The notes: generated by a model not told the origin, from the sequence alone. 64,000 nt of DNA from Candidatus Poseidoniales archaeon (GCA_012964335.1 DTUF01000037.1:21411-85410), one strand, 5' to 3'. Positions 1 to 10,004 are shown, counted from the stretch's first letter. Made by a program: numbers and translations.

Positions 1-1765
1 AGCCAATTTCCATACCCGAAACCGAACTTTGGAATTCATAGTTTAAGCGAGGTAAGTGTGCCCCCCAAGCGGCCGCTAGTGAATGATGTGGGGCTCCATT
101 TTGTGGGCCAAATAGAGTGACTCCTACTCCTAAAGGATGTGACCCATCTTTCCATGCGTCCTTTACCATTGCAGTACTATGGTGGGAAAAGTCATCCCAA
201 GGGAAGTCTAGTTCAACCCAACCTGAAGCCCAGTATCCAATGGGTAAGCATCTCTGTTCTCCATCTTGGCGAATTTCCATCATTCCATCATCTCCGGCTA
301 CCGAAATAATTCTGAACGGTGCATCATTGAGTAAGTCTGTTGAATTAACCACGGTTCTCACTAAGTTTGAAGCAGTTGGAGAAAGAGTTGCTAGGTGACT
401 GCCGGTGGAATCGTTTACAGTGATTTGAGCAGATTGACCCGCTTCAAGGTCTGCAATCAAGATTAGAGATGTTTCAGGGCTAGCAGGCTGAATGAGAACG
501 CTTTCATCAGAGGCTGAAGTTGGTGTTGCATAGGAGTGTTCTAGGCCACTTGAGCGGCCGGTATCAGTGGCAGGAATCATTTCAAGAGAGCCAGTGCGAT
601 ATGAGTTACTGGCATCTTCTGCAAGCCAATGGACTTGCACTGGCCCAGTGGATACAATTTGGGATGATGTTGCTGGCCATGAAATCCGTATTGAACTTTG
701 AGCAGAAATTGTGTTGAATAAGCCATCAATCTGAACAGCGATTGATGTGGTTTCAGGATTTTCAATTAGAATACTGCCTGCTGCTGCAGGTAGAGTGTGA
801 CTAATTCCTATGCCGCTACCGCCATCATCTGGCCACACCGTAGCGCCTGTACCACTACCCCAAACCATCATCAATCTCGCTGGGGTACTGGAATGAACAG
901 TCATAACATCTCCCGCTGACGTGGTAAAATCACCATTCCATGTTGCGGGTGAACCGGTACTGGTAGCAGTTCCAGAGTTGGAATTAGAATCCCAACTAAT
1001 TGTGGTCAAATCAGAACTGACAAGATGAAGGCTAACAGATCCTGTTGGCATTGGGATTGTCCATGACCTACCTTTACCATCTGTTGGAGAGGCTAAGTCA
1101 GGTTGAACCATCGTGACACCTCCACTACCTCGTAAAAATATGACTTTCAAAGGGCCATCCGATTGTAACCAACTTTCTCCGGTTGATGCAGTAGACATTA
1201 CTGAGCCAGGAATTAGAGAATAGGAACTACTAGAACCTCCAGATGTGTATTCCACGGTAGTCTCGTAAAGTGGCTGTTGAAGGGTAGTAGCGGGTGTAGC
1301 AAGAATCGTCCCACTAATACTCGGGATACGGTAATTCCAAGTTGCATCTTTGTTTGCTCTAAGGTCTGAAAAACAAGCTGCAGATACTTCACTTTCAGAA
1401 TAACGAATTCTAGTTTTGTCATTTAAATCAAGTAATCCATCAAGCCGAAAACTACCACCATCAACGAAGGCTACTGAATACCATGTACCTCCAAGGGCTA
1501 AGTTCCAACCAAGTTGCCCTGTGTGTGGTCTGAGTTGTAAAGTTGCAGAATCTCCGGGTAATCCATTTTCAGAGATTCTGACCGTTTCAGCAGCCAAATC
1601 CTCCATTTGTCCTGCCATTGCTTGCCTTTCAACGGAGCCGTGTTTTTCATTTATCAGAGGGGTGATAGTAACCATCATTCCAGCAATGATGCCAAGCACG
1701 CCAGCAAACAGTAACACTGTAGCGATGGCCGCAGAAACCGCTTCATCGTCAAACCTGCGCTGCAT
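1..1765 (-). CDS. Large archaeal type IV pilin-like protein (class III signal peptide). Partial: the C-terminus runs off the left edge.
   Basis: Absent from the ORF track because it has no stop inside the window. Hand translation from the ATG at 1765-1763 gives MQRRFDDEAVSAAIATVLLFAGVLGIIAGMMVTITPL..., a short charged leader, an A-V-S motif, then about 20 hydrophobic residues. I checked the frame as stop-free at both ends; bases 2-58 read ...HLPRLNYEFQSSVSGMEIG. The start shares one base with the upstream stop (TGATG at 1767-1763). Plus-strand ORFs in this stretch look like shadows. Confidence 0.55.
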   Translation of the reverse strand, partial: MQRRFDDEAVSAAIATVLLFAGVLGIIAGMMVTITPLINEKHGSVERQAMAGQMEDLAAETVRISENGLPGDSATLQLRPHTGQLGWNLALGGTWYSVAFVDGGSFRLDGLLDLNDKTRIRYSESEVSAACFSDLRANKDATWNYRIPSISGTILATPATTLQQPLYETTVEYTSGGSSSSYSLIPGSVMSTASTGESWLQSDGPLKVIFLRGSGGVTMVQPDLASPTDGKGRSWTIPMPTGSVSLHLVSSDLTTISWDSNSNSGTATSTGSPATWNGDFTTSAGDVMTVHSSTPARLMMVWGSGTGATVWPDDGGSGIGISHTLPAAAGSILIENPETTSIAVQIDGLFNTISAQSSIRISWPATSSQIVSTGPVQVHWLAEDASNSYRTGSLEMIPATDTGRSSGLEHSYATPTSASDESVLIQPASPETSLILIADLEAGQSAQITVNDSTGSHLATLSPTASNLVRTVVNSTDLLNDAPFRIISVAGDDGMMEIRQDGEQRCLPIGYWASGWVELDFPWDDFSHHSTAMVKDAWKDGSHPLGVGVTLFGPQNGAPHHSLAAAWGAHLPRLNYEFQSSVSGMEIG

Positions 1766-2784
1766 CAGTATACCTCCACCGATTGCAAAATCACAACAAA
1801 TTGGAATGGCACATCACCTGGTAGAACGGTTATCCCGTCAAGTCCAGAGATGCGTCCGTATGGCCCAAATCCCTGATATTCGTTAATTGAGGCTCCAGCC
1901 AAATACAAAGTGTAATCACCGGTCCAGTGTTGGATATATTGTGGTGATATTGATGGGTCACCTGCGATCTCAACCTGAACGATTAGATTCCGTGCTTCAC
2001 CGTTAAATAATTCCAGTTCACCTTTGGAATCAAGGTGTACGTTGGTCATATGTCGGCTTGCAAAAGCTGAAATGTCAAGGTCGAGAAGAATCAGTGATAC
2101 TCTTGGGGTTCCATCGAGTAATAAATCTGTGTTGAAGCGAGGGAATTGCTTGACCGCAACTGGCTGATTTGGCAATTTCTCAATTCTAGCTCCGTTGACC
2201 AAATCAACTGAAAATTCGCCGTCAGTTAATACATTGTTGAGACGTATTCCATCAATTGTGACCTCTACGAAACGATGTGATATTGTTCCGTGAATATCCT
2301 CTACATCAATGATGACATCACCAATTAAACCAGATACAGTGAAATTATTTGTGTTATTTGTCATAGTAAATGTCTGTGTTGAACTTGAGTCGCTGACTTT
2401 TACAATTGATGCTGTACGGTTGAGAGAGGTGACTGTGAGCAGGTCACCATCAAGGGTGACAATAGTCCTGTCACTACCACCGAGGTCTGCTTGAATTTTC
2501 CATATTTCGGCATCTTGTAATGGGTCCATTGAGCGAGACAGTTGAGCATTTTGTTGCACTAATCCACTACCCTCTGGGGTTTGAGCAGCAATTAAAATTC
2601 TGTCATTTAATTGAGTTGCTGCTACTGTGCCTGATGACCATTCGCGGTTGTCGCTAATATCCTCTAGAAAGGGGGTAAGTAGTACAAACACGCTACCTAT
2701 CACAGTGACGACCATGGCTAACAGCATAGTGACTCCGAGGATTTCGCTGACCGCGTCCTCGTTATGGTTCCCGCTCCGCCTCAC
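1765..2784 (-). CDS. Archaeal type IV pilin-like protein, 339 aa (class III signal peptide, DUF1628-like N-terminus)
   Basis: The N-terminus MRRSGNHNEDAVSEILGVTMLLAMVVTVIGSVFVLL matches the archaeal pilin N-terminal pattern (AVS-x-x-[IL]G + hydrophobic helix). GTG start at 2784. The rest is Thr/Asn/Asp-rich and looks extracellular. Confidence 0.7.
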   Translation of the reverse strand: MRRSGNHNEDAVSEILGVTMLLAMVVTVIGSVFVLLTPFLEDISDNREWSSGTVAATQLNDRILIAAQTPEGSGLVQQNAQLSRSMDPLQDAEIWKIQADLGGSDRTIVTLDGDLLTVTSLNRTASIVKVSDSSSTQTFTMTNNTNNFTVSGLIGDVIIDVEDIHGTISHRFVEVTIDGIRLNNVLTDGEFSVDLVNGARIEKLPNQPVAVKQFPRFNTDLLLDGTPRVSLILLDLDISAFASRHMTNVHLDSKGELELFNGEARNLIVQVEIAGDPSISPQYIQHWTGDYTLYLAGASINEYQGFGPYGRISGLDGITVLPGDVPFQFVVILQSVEVY

Positions 2785-2990
2785 AGATGTGACTAAACCT
2801 TCCCGTTCTTATGGGTTCGCTGTGTAAAACATCGCCGTAGGCGATATTTTCTGTCTTGGTTTCTGTCCAGAAGTTAAGTGCTGCTCACGTGGACTTTGGT
2901 AGAATTAAATTGTGTGAGATTCCAAACTACGATGATTGATATGGGTAATATGATGATAAATTGTTCTAATTCACTAGATATAAATCGTCT

Positions 2991-3791
2991 TCAAATAGGA
3001 ATTTTTTCAGATTCTGCCTGGCCTAAATAATGGGAAAATTCTGGCCCATCTTGGGTGCTTATTGAGATGTCACCAGTAAACATTTCATCAATCTCCATTA
3101 GCACCTCGCTTTCAGCTAAATGTGGGGCATTGTTTTGAACACTAAGATGGCTCAAAACAATGCTCCGGGTATGGTCACCCACAACATTTGACAATAGGTC
3201 CGCAGTTTGACGATTAGATAAGTGCCCACCGCGCCCACCAATTCGTTGTTTAAGGCGTTCTGGATAAGGTCCATTCCACAACCGATTTGAGTCATAATTT
3301 GCCTCAATAGAAATGTGTACGCATTCAGACATATGGCGGGCTAATTCATCGTTCCAAGAACCAAGGTCAGTTACTACTGCGGCTCGCTCACCGCGATGGC
3401 ATGCAATGAACCCGACATTATCGGCTTCATCATGGTTAAGAGATACTGGGAGAATACTCAAATCACCACCAACATCAATGCGTGTGAGGGGCTCAAACAA
3501 GCGGCATTCGTTAACTGGGTCCATGCCTAATCGTGCACAAGTCTCGAAGTTGGCCCAAATTTCTGTCCCCCACCTTTTTTGGGTGATGGTAGCCCCTCTT
3601 GAATGGTCAATGTGATGGTGGCTAATGAGGATAGCATCGAGTTCCTTTGGAGAGATTTCTAGCAGTCCTAGGCGCTTTTCTATTTGTTTCCCAGAAAACC
3701 CACAATCAACTAGAATTTTTGTCTCATCAGTGGCAATTAGAGTGGCGTTTCCGCCAGAGCCAGAGCCGAGGTGAGTGATTGAGAGTGTCAT
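2991..3791 (-). CDS. Metallo-beta-lactamase fold hydrolase (YycJ/PhnP-like)
   Basis: Contains LGSGSGGNA, the HxHxDH motif (SHHHIDHSRG), and GGRGGHLSN near the C-terminus. The ORF track starts at GTG 3815. I prefer ATG 3791 (MTLSITHLGSGS...), which gives the usual family N-terminus. Confidence 0.8.
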   Translation of the reverse strand: MTLSITHLGSGSGGNATLIATDETKILVDCGFSGKQIEKRLGLLEISPKELDAILISHHHIDHSRGATITQKRWGTEIWANFETCARLGMDPVNECRLFEPLTRIDVGGDLSILPVSLNHDEADNVGFIACHRGERAAVVTDLGSWNDELARHMSECVHISIEANYDSNRLWNGPYPERLKQRIGGRGGHLSNRQTADLLSNVVGDHTRSIVLSHLSVQNNAPHLAESEVLMEIDEMFTGDISISTQDGPEFSHYLGQAESEKIPI

Positions 3792-4072
3792 CCAAGCCAA
3801 CCGGAGCGCGGTCACCCCTTGAAGAAGCCCCCTATACCGAGTCGAAGACTCAGTTTTGATTCACTCTTCATTAGTCGCCAATAGACCAGTTCTGATTAGT
3901 GTTAACACCCTAGATTCACCACTTTCTTCTCTCAAGGTTGAACATTTCAATAAAGCACGAAAATATTGACATAAGGTAATTTTTCAAAGCATACCGCAAA
4001 CGCTTGTATGAACTGTGCTCCATCAGCATCATAAGGAAAACCGTAGGGTTCTCTCGTAACAGCGGACGCTGT

Positions 4073-4078
4073 AGGTGA
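4073..4078 (+). promoter_or_regulatory. Shine-Dalgarno-like AGGTGA, 4 nt upstream of ATG 4083
   Basis: The sequence reads AGGTGA-GCCC-ATG. The same AGGTGA/GGTGA motif sits 4-7 nt upstream of several other starts in this window (25695, 46181, 46510, 55200, 59213 on the minus strand). Confidence 0.5.
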
Positions 4079-4082
4079 GCCC

Positions 4083-7000
4083 ATGCGCAGAAAACAGACA
4101 GTTCTCTTCATCACTTTGTTATTGATTGGAAGCCTAGCTTTCGTCTCAATGTCAAGACCATCCTCAGAAGTTGACTCGGTTCACCCCGATGATACGACTG
4201 GCGAAGGGCCACCAATAACGGACACAGATAAAGACAAGATTCCTGACTTGCACGAGCAAATGTACAGTGTTGACAGAAATATCACATTGGATGATGTGGT
4301 GTTCACAATAAATGGACTTGATTACGAAAATGCTTCTGATAATGAATCTGACTTTGACAATGATGGCCTAAATTCTTTACAAGAATATTGTTGGCCTTAT
4401 GACTTAGACCACTGTTTTGTTGACCGTAAATCACTCACAGGGATTCCTCCCGAACTTACTGAGTCAGGGATGCGAGAGTTCCTAGATCCAAGGCTTGCGG
4501 ATACTGATGGGGATGGCTTGCCTGATGGTTACGAAATATGGATGTGTATGCGTGAAACGGGTGCGAAAAATGAATCGATGGCTTGGGAGTGTGATGGTTT
4601 TGACCCATTAAACGCTCATGATGGCCAAAATGACTCGGACCGTTGTTGGGACGGTGAACTTGGTTGTGGAGATGGATTTGATGTAGACCGAGATGGAATC
4701 ATTGAGGTGCATGAGTGGTATACAAATGCCGAAGAGTACAATTACAACGCACCGGATAATTGGACCACTGAAATTCATGGGCTGCGTTGTCTTGAGTTGA
4801 TGGATGCTTGTGCTGATAATGTCACAAGGCCAACTGGGTCACCTGGTTGGCTTGGAACAGATCCGCTACGTAATGATAGTGATTTTTACTATTGGTCTGG
4901 AAGCCGCGAGTTAGCGAAGAGTAGCCGCGGCGATGCAATCCCCGATGGTTGGGAGGTTTTCTTCGGACTTAATCCATTGAATGAGTCTGATAGCCTGCTT
5001 GATAGTGATTCTGATGGCTGGGACTTGAATAGAGATGGGATGATAATGCCTGATGGTTCAAGAGCTACAGTTTACATTGGTGAAGCCTATTCTAATTTAG
5101 AAGAATACTATACTTTCATTGATAATGGAACATGGGTAAGAGCCGGTCTCAAATCAACTCTTCTCGGTGAAGTTGATGCTACGGTTTCAATGTATGACCA
5201 AGGTACTAGCCCAAGAATCATGCATCATGATGTGCGTTCTTTACAAGCCGATGAAGTCCTTGGCTTGCTATATGTTGGTACCAAGCGCGGTCTGACTATT
5301 TTTGAACCGAGCACTGGTGGTAGTTGGGATTTAGCCCTTCCACCAGGTGGTGAACTATTCGACATGTTGTTGTGGTCTGACCAAGGAGGTCAACAGAGAC
5401 TAATTCTTGCTACTAACGGAGGAATTGAAATCTGGACTCTAGATGGTGATGGATTCCTCGATCAAAATGCAGGGATATCAGGTGTTGAAATGGAGCCCGT
5501 CAATGGTCTTTATCAACTTGATACCGGCTCAGGTAATCTTGATTTGTTAGTCTCTGGTGATGGTTCTCAAGCATGGACATTAACAATTGATGGCTCAGGG
5601 CAAATCACAGAATTGAGAGAAGCTGAAACTCTCATTGAAGTTTTAGAAATTGAAAATGCAACAATTCAAGCAATTGCTCACACATCTGTGAATGGTGGTG
5701 CTAAGAAACTCTATGTGGGCACTGACCATGGATTCTTAGTTGCTAGTACAGAAGATGTGACCGGTGATTATCCTGCCCTATGGATATTCAATGAATCAGA
5801 TGCAGAAAATTATGTCCGCCAAGCAAACCCTCAGAATATTTCACATTCCGCAAATGTAAGGACCCTTGTATTGGATGGGCCGCGTCAACCTGATGGTACA
5901 ATCTCTAGTACTCAGACACTTTGGGTAGGGACTGCTGGAGGCGTGCATCAATTTTCTCTATTAGACGAGGCAGACCCTTCGATAGCCTTCTCTAGGGACC
6001 GCATGCAGAATGATGAAAATGATTTAGAAGGTGCTAATGATATTCATGCAATTTTACCACTTGGTGATGAGATATTAGTTGGTTCAAGGTTCGGGACTTG
6101 GACTTTAGATGGCGACCACGCACGAGCATTGGGGATTGACGAACAACAAACACGAATCCCTGGATTTGTTACTGAAATTATAGTAATGGATGTGCTTGGT
6201 AATGCTACTGTATTTGCTGGTTTACACCCGGGTCGATATTCAAATCGCATGCTAATCAATCCGTTTAGCAATGACTCTGACCTTGATGGGATGCCTGATG
6301 GTTGGGAGAATGCTCACGGGCTTGACCCAACAGACCCATTTGATAGGGATGAGGACTTAGATGTTGACGGTATTAATCTCAATCCCTATGTAGATGATTT
6401 GATTGACCATAACTGGACGAATCTAGACGAGTTTAGGTATATTGCTAGCACTCCGGATGGGTGGAATGGTACAGACCCAAGACTCTCAGACACAGATGGC
6501 GATGGATTGCTTGATGGTTCTGAATACTGGGGTTGGTTCTATGATGAGACTAACTTCACTTGTCATTATGAGATTGGAGAATATGTGTGTGACCAAAGTG
6601 AAGGAGAGCTTGCGGCTCAGGTATACGCAGTAGGCTACCCTGGGACTCAGGCTAGCGGTGGTACTGACCGCTCAACTGACCCTACAAATCCGGATTCGGA
6701 TGGCGATGGAATGCCTGATGGCTGGGAAATTGCCAATCGCCGATGGATTGGCACTGATTTCCATGGAGGAAATGAATGGTCACTTGACCCTCGAGACCCT
6801 ACAGATGCAATGGAAGATGCTGATAGCGATGGCCTGTCTAATTTGTGTGAATATCAATGGGAATTGTTGTTACAAGCAGCATTAGTAGATGGATTGCCTG
6901 CATTTGGTGAGACTGCAGAAGCCGCGGCGTCTTGGACAAAGATTGACCCGAACAATCCTGATTCAGATGGGGATAGTTTACCCGATGGTTGGGAATCAAG

Positions 7001-9815
7001 ATATTCTTGTACGTGGTTAATATCTAACATCGGCATCAATCCACTAAATGGTAGTGATGCATTTTCAAATCCAGATGGTGATGGATACGACGCTAATCAT
7101 GATGGGGTAATCCAAGTTGAAGAAGAATTTAGCAATTGGATGGAATATCATATTCGAGATGAGCAAATATTTGGTAACTACACCGAAAGTGGTGCGCCTC
7201 TGCCTGATGGGTTCTCCACAGCACTGTGGAACGAGACATGGGTGTCTAGCGCTTCAAGGCCGTTTGGGGAGTCAGTTAGTCTCTCGACAATAGTGAGTGT
7301 TCCAGGTATGCCCTTGACTGACCGAGGTTCTGCTAATCCATTGTCTGCAGATACGGATGGAGATGGAATGCCAGACGGTTGGGAAGTTTGGTATGCGCGC
7401 TGGGATACTTTTGATTCCGTGTGGACTTTGAACCCTGTCAATGAGAGTGATATTTTCAACGACCCAGATGGTGATGGTATGACTAATTGGGAGGAGTATA
7501 ACAGCATTAATGCTAATTTTACCGAGACCAACGATAATCAGACATCACCTCAGTATCACCCGTTTAAATTAGGTAATACACTGATTTTGACTCCTTGGAA
7601 TCTTGCTGTCGGAACCCCTTCGTTTGGCTCATATATTTCCGAGGCTCAATATACAATGAGTGGTCCTACATGTGACCCAAATAATGCTGACAGCGATGGC
7701 GATGGCTTACTTGATGGGATTGAATTGCTATTTACTCAATGGAATTCTACATTCGCTAATTGGTCGTTAAACCCGTTAGTCGCAAATGATGGCGGTGGTG
7801 ATGGTGACCAAGATTCACTTACTGACCGCCAAGAATTAAATTTGACTTACGAGAATCCTCTCAACGGTGGGCTTGCACCACCAGATGCACCTAAGATGTG
7901 GGAAGAGGCATTTGCCCTTGAACCACAGAATTTTACCAGCCGAGTTCAGTCAGTTCTTGACAACAAACTCGGGCGCGCATTTTTGGCCCTTGAGCAACAT
8001 TCAGAATGGGTTTCAACAGGGGTAACAAGACCACTATTGGCAACTCTAATTGGTATCACCGACCCAACTAACAATGATACAGATGACGATGGTATGATAG
8101 ATGGATACGAATATTGGTTTACTGAATGGGATTTGGATGGGAATCGATGGTCAATGAATCCATTGACACAATCTGATATTGATGCAGATAGCGATGATGA
8201 TTCTTATGACTGCAACCAAGATGGTATAATTCAGATGAGTGAACGTTATACTAATCTTAGAGAATACGAAGCTAGAATCTATGGAAAGGAATCATTGCGC
8301 TATATGTTCCCACCCGGTTATGGTTTGATTGATTTCGGAGATGATGCAATTGCTGCTCAGATGAGTGAGAATCAATTAAATTGGGAAGATGCAAGACAAG
8401 CAATTGTCAATATCTTTGCTTCCAAGGATGTAATTAGTACAGAACGTCTTGCAAGAATCAATTCCGCATGGAGTGATAACTTCAACATTAGTCTCATCGG
8501 AATCTCTGACCCAACTCACCCCGACAGTGACATGGATGGATTACCAGATGGTTGGGAATTTTGTTATGGTGCATATCAAGAAGTGATGCCTGTGAACGAA
8601 TATCGCTGGACACTTAATCCGGTTAACCCGCTTGACGTTGATTACGATCCTGACGAGGACGGCTGGTTTGATAGGACTAGTCAGGATACCCCCGCCGAAC
8701 AAGGCCGATGGGATAATCACGCCTTTACCCCTGGTGCGATAGAGGACCAATATGCGCCCGGTAACAACCCCATGTTCTTTACTAACTGGATGGAGTATGA
8801 CAACGGCACTAGACCAGACCTCAATGATACTGATGGTGATGCAGTAAATATGGTTCACGTGGCTAACTCAGTTGACCCAATGTTGACTGATGATTACTAT
8901 CGCAGTTGGGATTTGACTGATGGCCGGGAGGTGTTGAAGTATGGTTCTGATGCCACAGACAATGATACGGATTGGGATATGCTGCCTGATTGGTATGAGT
9001 TGAAGTACGGTTGGAATGAAACCAATGATAATTGGTCTTCCTATCAGCAGGTTGAAGTCGTTTGGGAACAGTATTCAATTCTTGGTAGCATTGCTATGCG
9101 TCCTTTGCATAATAATGGAGGACTCCTAGAGAGGCCAATTTTAAACTGGACGTGGGTTACATTTGACCCAACAGACCCAGCCGATTCACTTCAAGACCCC
9201 GATAGAGACGGGAATTGGGATTGTAGTAATGCAGGATGCACTTACACTCCTTACAATAATTTTCAGGAATTTTTCGGTTTGACAAATCAATCAATCACGT
9301 CAGCAACATTGGCGCGAGCAACTCCTGTAACTATCGCAGGTACAGAACCTCCAATTCAAATCGTGCCTCAGGAATGGTGGGAATTACAAGCCGCTTTGCT
9401 AGCAACGGGCAGGGCAAATGAGTACGATTGGAATTATCTGAGGATGTTTAGAATCAATCAGCTTTCAGACGAACTCTATGCTTTGGTTATTGATGATCAT
9501 GATAATGATTATCTTACTATCAACGGTTCTGATGATACACCCATTGTGAAGGGTGATTGGACAGCAGATTGGGACCGCGTTTTCGGTGACCAATACCATT
9601 TGCCTAACACTGGTCTAGGCGAGAAGGTGTACGGTTGGTGGTTGTTAGACTTTAACGGAGATATGATTGCTGATGGCACTAATCCAATCAATTGGGATAC
9701 GGATGGAGATTGGCTTAATGATTGGTTTGAAATTGAGAATGATATGCTTGATGGAATCAGGGGTAATGGGCCATCACCAATTCGTTACGACGACCGAACT
9801 ACTAACAATGGTTGA
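4083..9815 (+). CDS. Giant secreted protein (1910 aa) with about 24 acidic DxDxDG Ca-binding repeats (bacterial TSP3-like and EF-hand-like loops) and a central beta-propeller-like region
   Basis: N-terminal signal/anchor: MRRKQTVLFITLLLIGSLAFVSM. Repeats include DTDGDGLPDGYE, DSDGDGMPDGWE, DSDGDSLPDGWE, DTDDDGMIDGYE and DSDMDGLPDGWE. Canonical 12-residue EF-hand loops are DVDRDGIIEVHE (4680-4715), DANHDGVIQVEE and DCNQDGIIQMSE. Residues about 370-720 carry LYVGTKRGLTIF, LYVGTDHGFLVA and LWVGTAGGVHQF motifs, as in the two-component-regulator propeller family. Confidence 0.9.
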   Translation: MRRKQTVLFITLLLIGSLAFVSMSRPSSEVDSVHPDDTTGEGPPITDTDKDKIPDLHEQMYSVDRNITLDDVVFTINGLDYENASDNESDFDNDGLNSLQEYCWPYDLDHCFVDRKSLTGIPPELTESGMREFLDPRLADTDGDGLPDGYEIWMCMRETGAKNESMAWECDGFDPLNAHDGQNDSDRCWDGELGCGDGFDVDRDGIIEVHEWYTNAEEYNYNAPDNWTTEIHGLRCLELMDACADNVTRPTGSPGWLGTDPLRNDSDFYYWSGSRELAKSSRGDAIPDGWEVFFGLNPLNESDSLLDSDSDGWDLNRDGMIMPDGSRATVYIGEAYSNLEEYYTFIDNGTWVRAGLKSTLLGEVDATVSMYDQGTSPRIMHHDVRSLQADEVLGLLYVGTKRGLTIFEPSTGGSWDLALPPGGELFDMLLWSDQGGQQRLILATNGGIEIWTLDGDGFLDQNAGISGVEMEPVNGLYQLDTGSGNLDLLVSGDGSQAWTLTIDGSGQITELREAETLIEVLEIENATIQAIAHTSVNGGAKKLYVGTDHGFLVASTEDVTGDYPALWIFNESDAENYVRQANPQNISHSANVRTLVLDGPRQPDGTISSTQTLWVGTAGGVHQFSLLDEADPSIAFSRDRMQNDENDLEGANDIHAILPLGDEILVGSRFGTWTLDGDHARALGIDEQQTRIPGFVTEIIVMDVLGNATVFAGLHPGRYSNRMLINPFSNDSDLDGMPDGWENAHGLDPTDPFDRDEDLDVDGINLNPYVDDLIDHNWTNLDEFRYIASTPDGWNGTDPRLSDTDGDGLLDGSEYWGWFYDETNFTCHYEIGEYVCDQSEGELAAQVYAVGYPGTQASGGTDRSTDPTNPDSDGDGMPDGWEIANRRWIGTDFHGGNEWSLDPRDPTDAMEDADSDGLSNLCEYQWELLLQAALVDGLPAFGETAEAAASWTKIDPNNPDSDGDSLPDGWESRYSCTWLISNIGINPLNGSDAFSNPDGDGYDANHDGVIQVEEEFSNWMEYHIRDEQIFGNYTESGAPLPDGFSTALWNETWVSSASRPFGESVSLSTIVSVPGMPLTDRGSANPLSADTDGDGMPDGWEVWYARWDTFDSVWTLNPVNESDIFNDPDGDGMTNWEEYNSINANFTETNDNQTSPQYHPFKLGNTLILTPWNLAVGTPSFGSYISEAQYTMSGPTCDPNNADSDGDGLLDGIELLFTQWNSTFANWSLNPLVANDGGGDGDQDSLTDRQELNLTYENPLNGGLAPPDAPKMWEEAFALEPQNFTSRVQSVLDNKLGRAFLALEQHSEWVSTGVTRPLLATLIGITDPTNNDTDDDGMIDGYEYWFTEWDLDGNRWSMNPLTQSDIDADSDDDSYDCNQDGIIQMSERYTNLREYEARIYGKESLRYMFPPGYGLIDFGDDAIAAQMSENQLNWEDARQAIVNIFASKDVISTERLARINSAWSDNFNISLIGISDPTHPDSDMDGLPDGWEFCYGAYQEVMPVNEYRWTLNPVNPLDVDYDPDEDGWFDRTSQDTPAEQGRWDNHAFTPGAIEDQYAPGNNPMFFTNWMEYDNGTRPDLNDTDGDAVNMVHVANSVDPMLTDDYYRSWDLTDGREVLKYGSDATDNDTDWDMLPDWYELKYGWNETNDNWSSYQQVEVVWEQYSILGSIAMRPLHNNGGLLERPILNWTWVTFDPTDPADSLQDPDRDGNWDCSNAGCTYTPYNNFQEFFGLTNQSITSATLARATPVTIAGTEPPIQIVPQEWWELQAALLATGRANEYDWNYLRMFRINQLSDELYALVIDDHDNDYLTINGSDDTPIVKGDWTADWDRVFGDQYHLPNTGLGEKVYGWWLLDFNGDMIADGTNPINWDTDGDWLNDWFEIENDMLDGIRGNGPSPIRYDDRTTNNG

Positions 9816-10004
9816 ATTCAATTAAATTTGTATATTTTTGCTCTTTAATGTAGTGAATTAACCCGTCCAGTTCTTGGCAATTTTTAACCCTTGAATCGGT
9901 AATAAAAGAGTTAGATGACATCTGGCCGTAGGCCAGAGTCACCTCAGACCGAATGGGGGAGATTTGATAGGTGGTTAGATTTTGTGATAAGTTGAGGGAA
10001 CGCT

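Noticed and set aside
117-1886. Plus-strand ORFs 117-398, 520-717 and 1416-1886 (93, 65 and 156 aa), plus minus-strand ORFs 577-765 and 1213-1422
   Set aside because: They lie entirely within the long stop-free minus-strand frame that starts at 1765 with a convincing pilin-like N-terminus. Their translations are low-complexity or Cys/Pro/Ser-rich and look like shadow ORFs.
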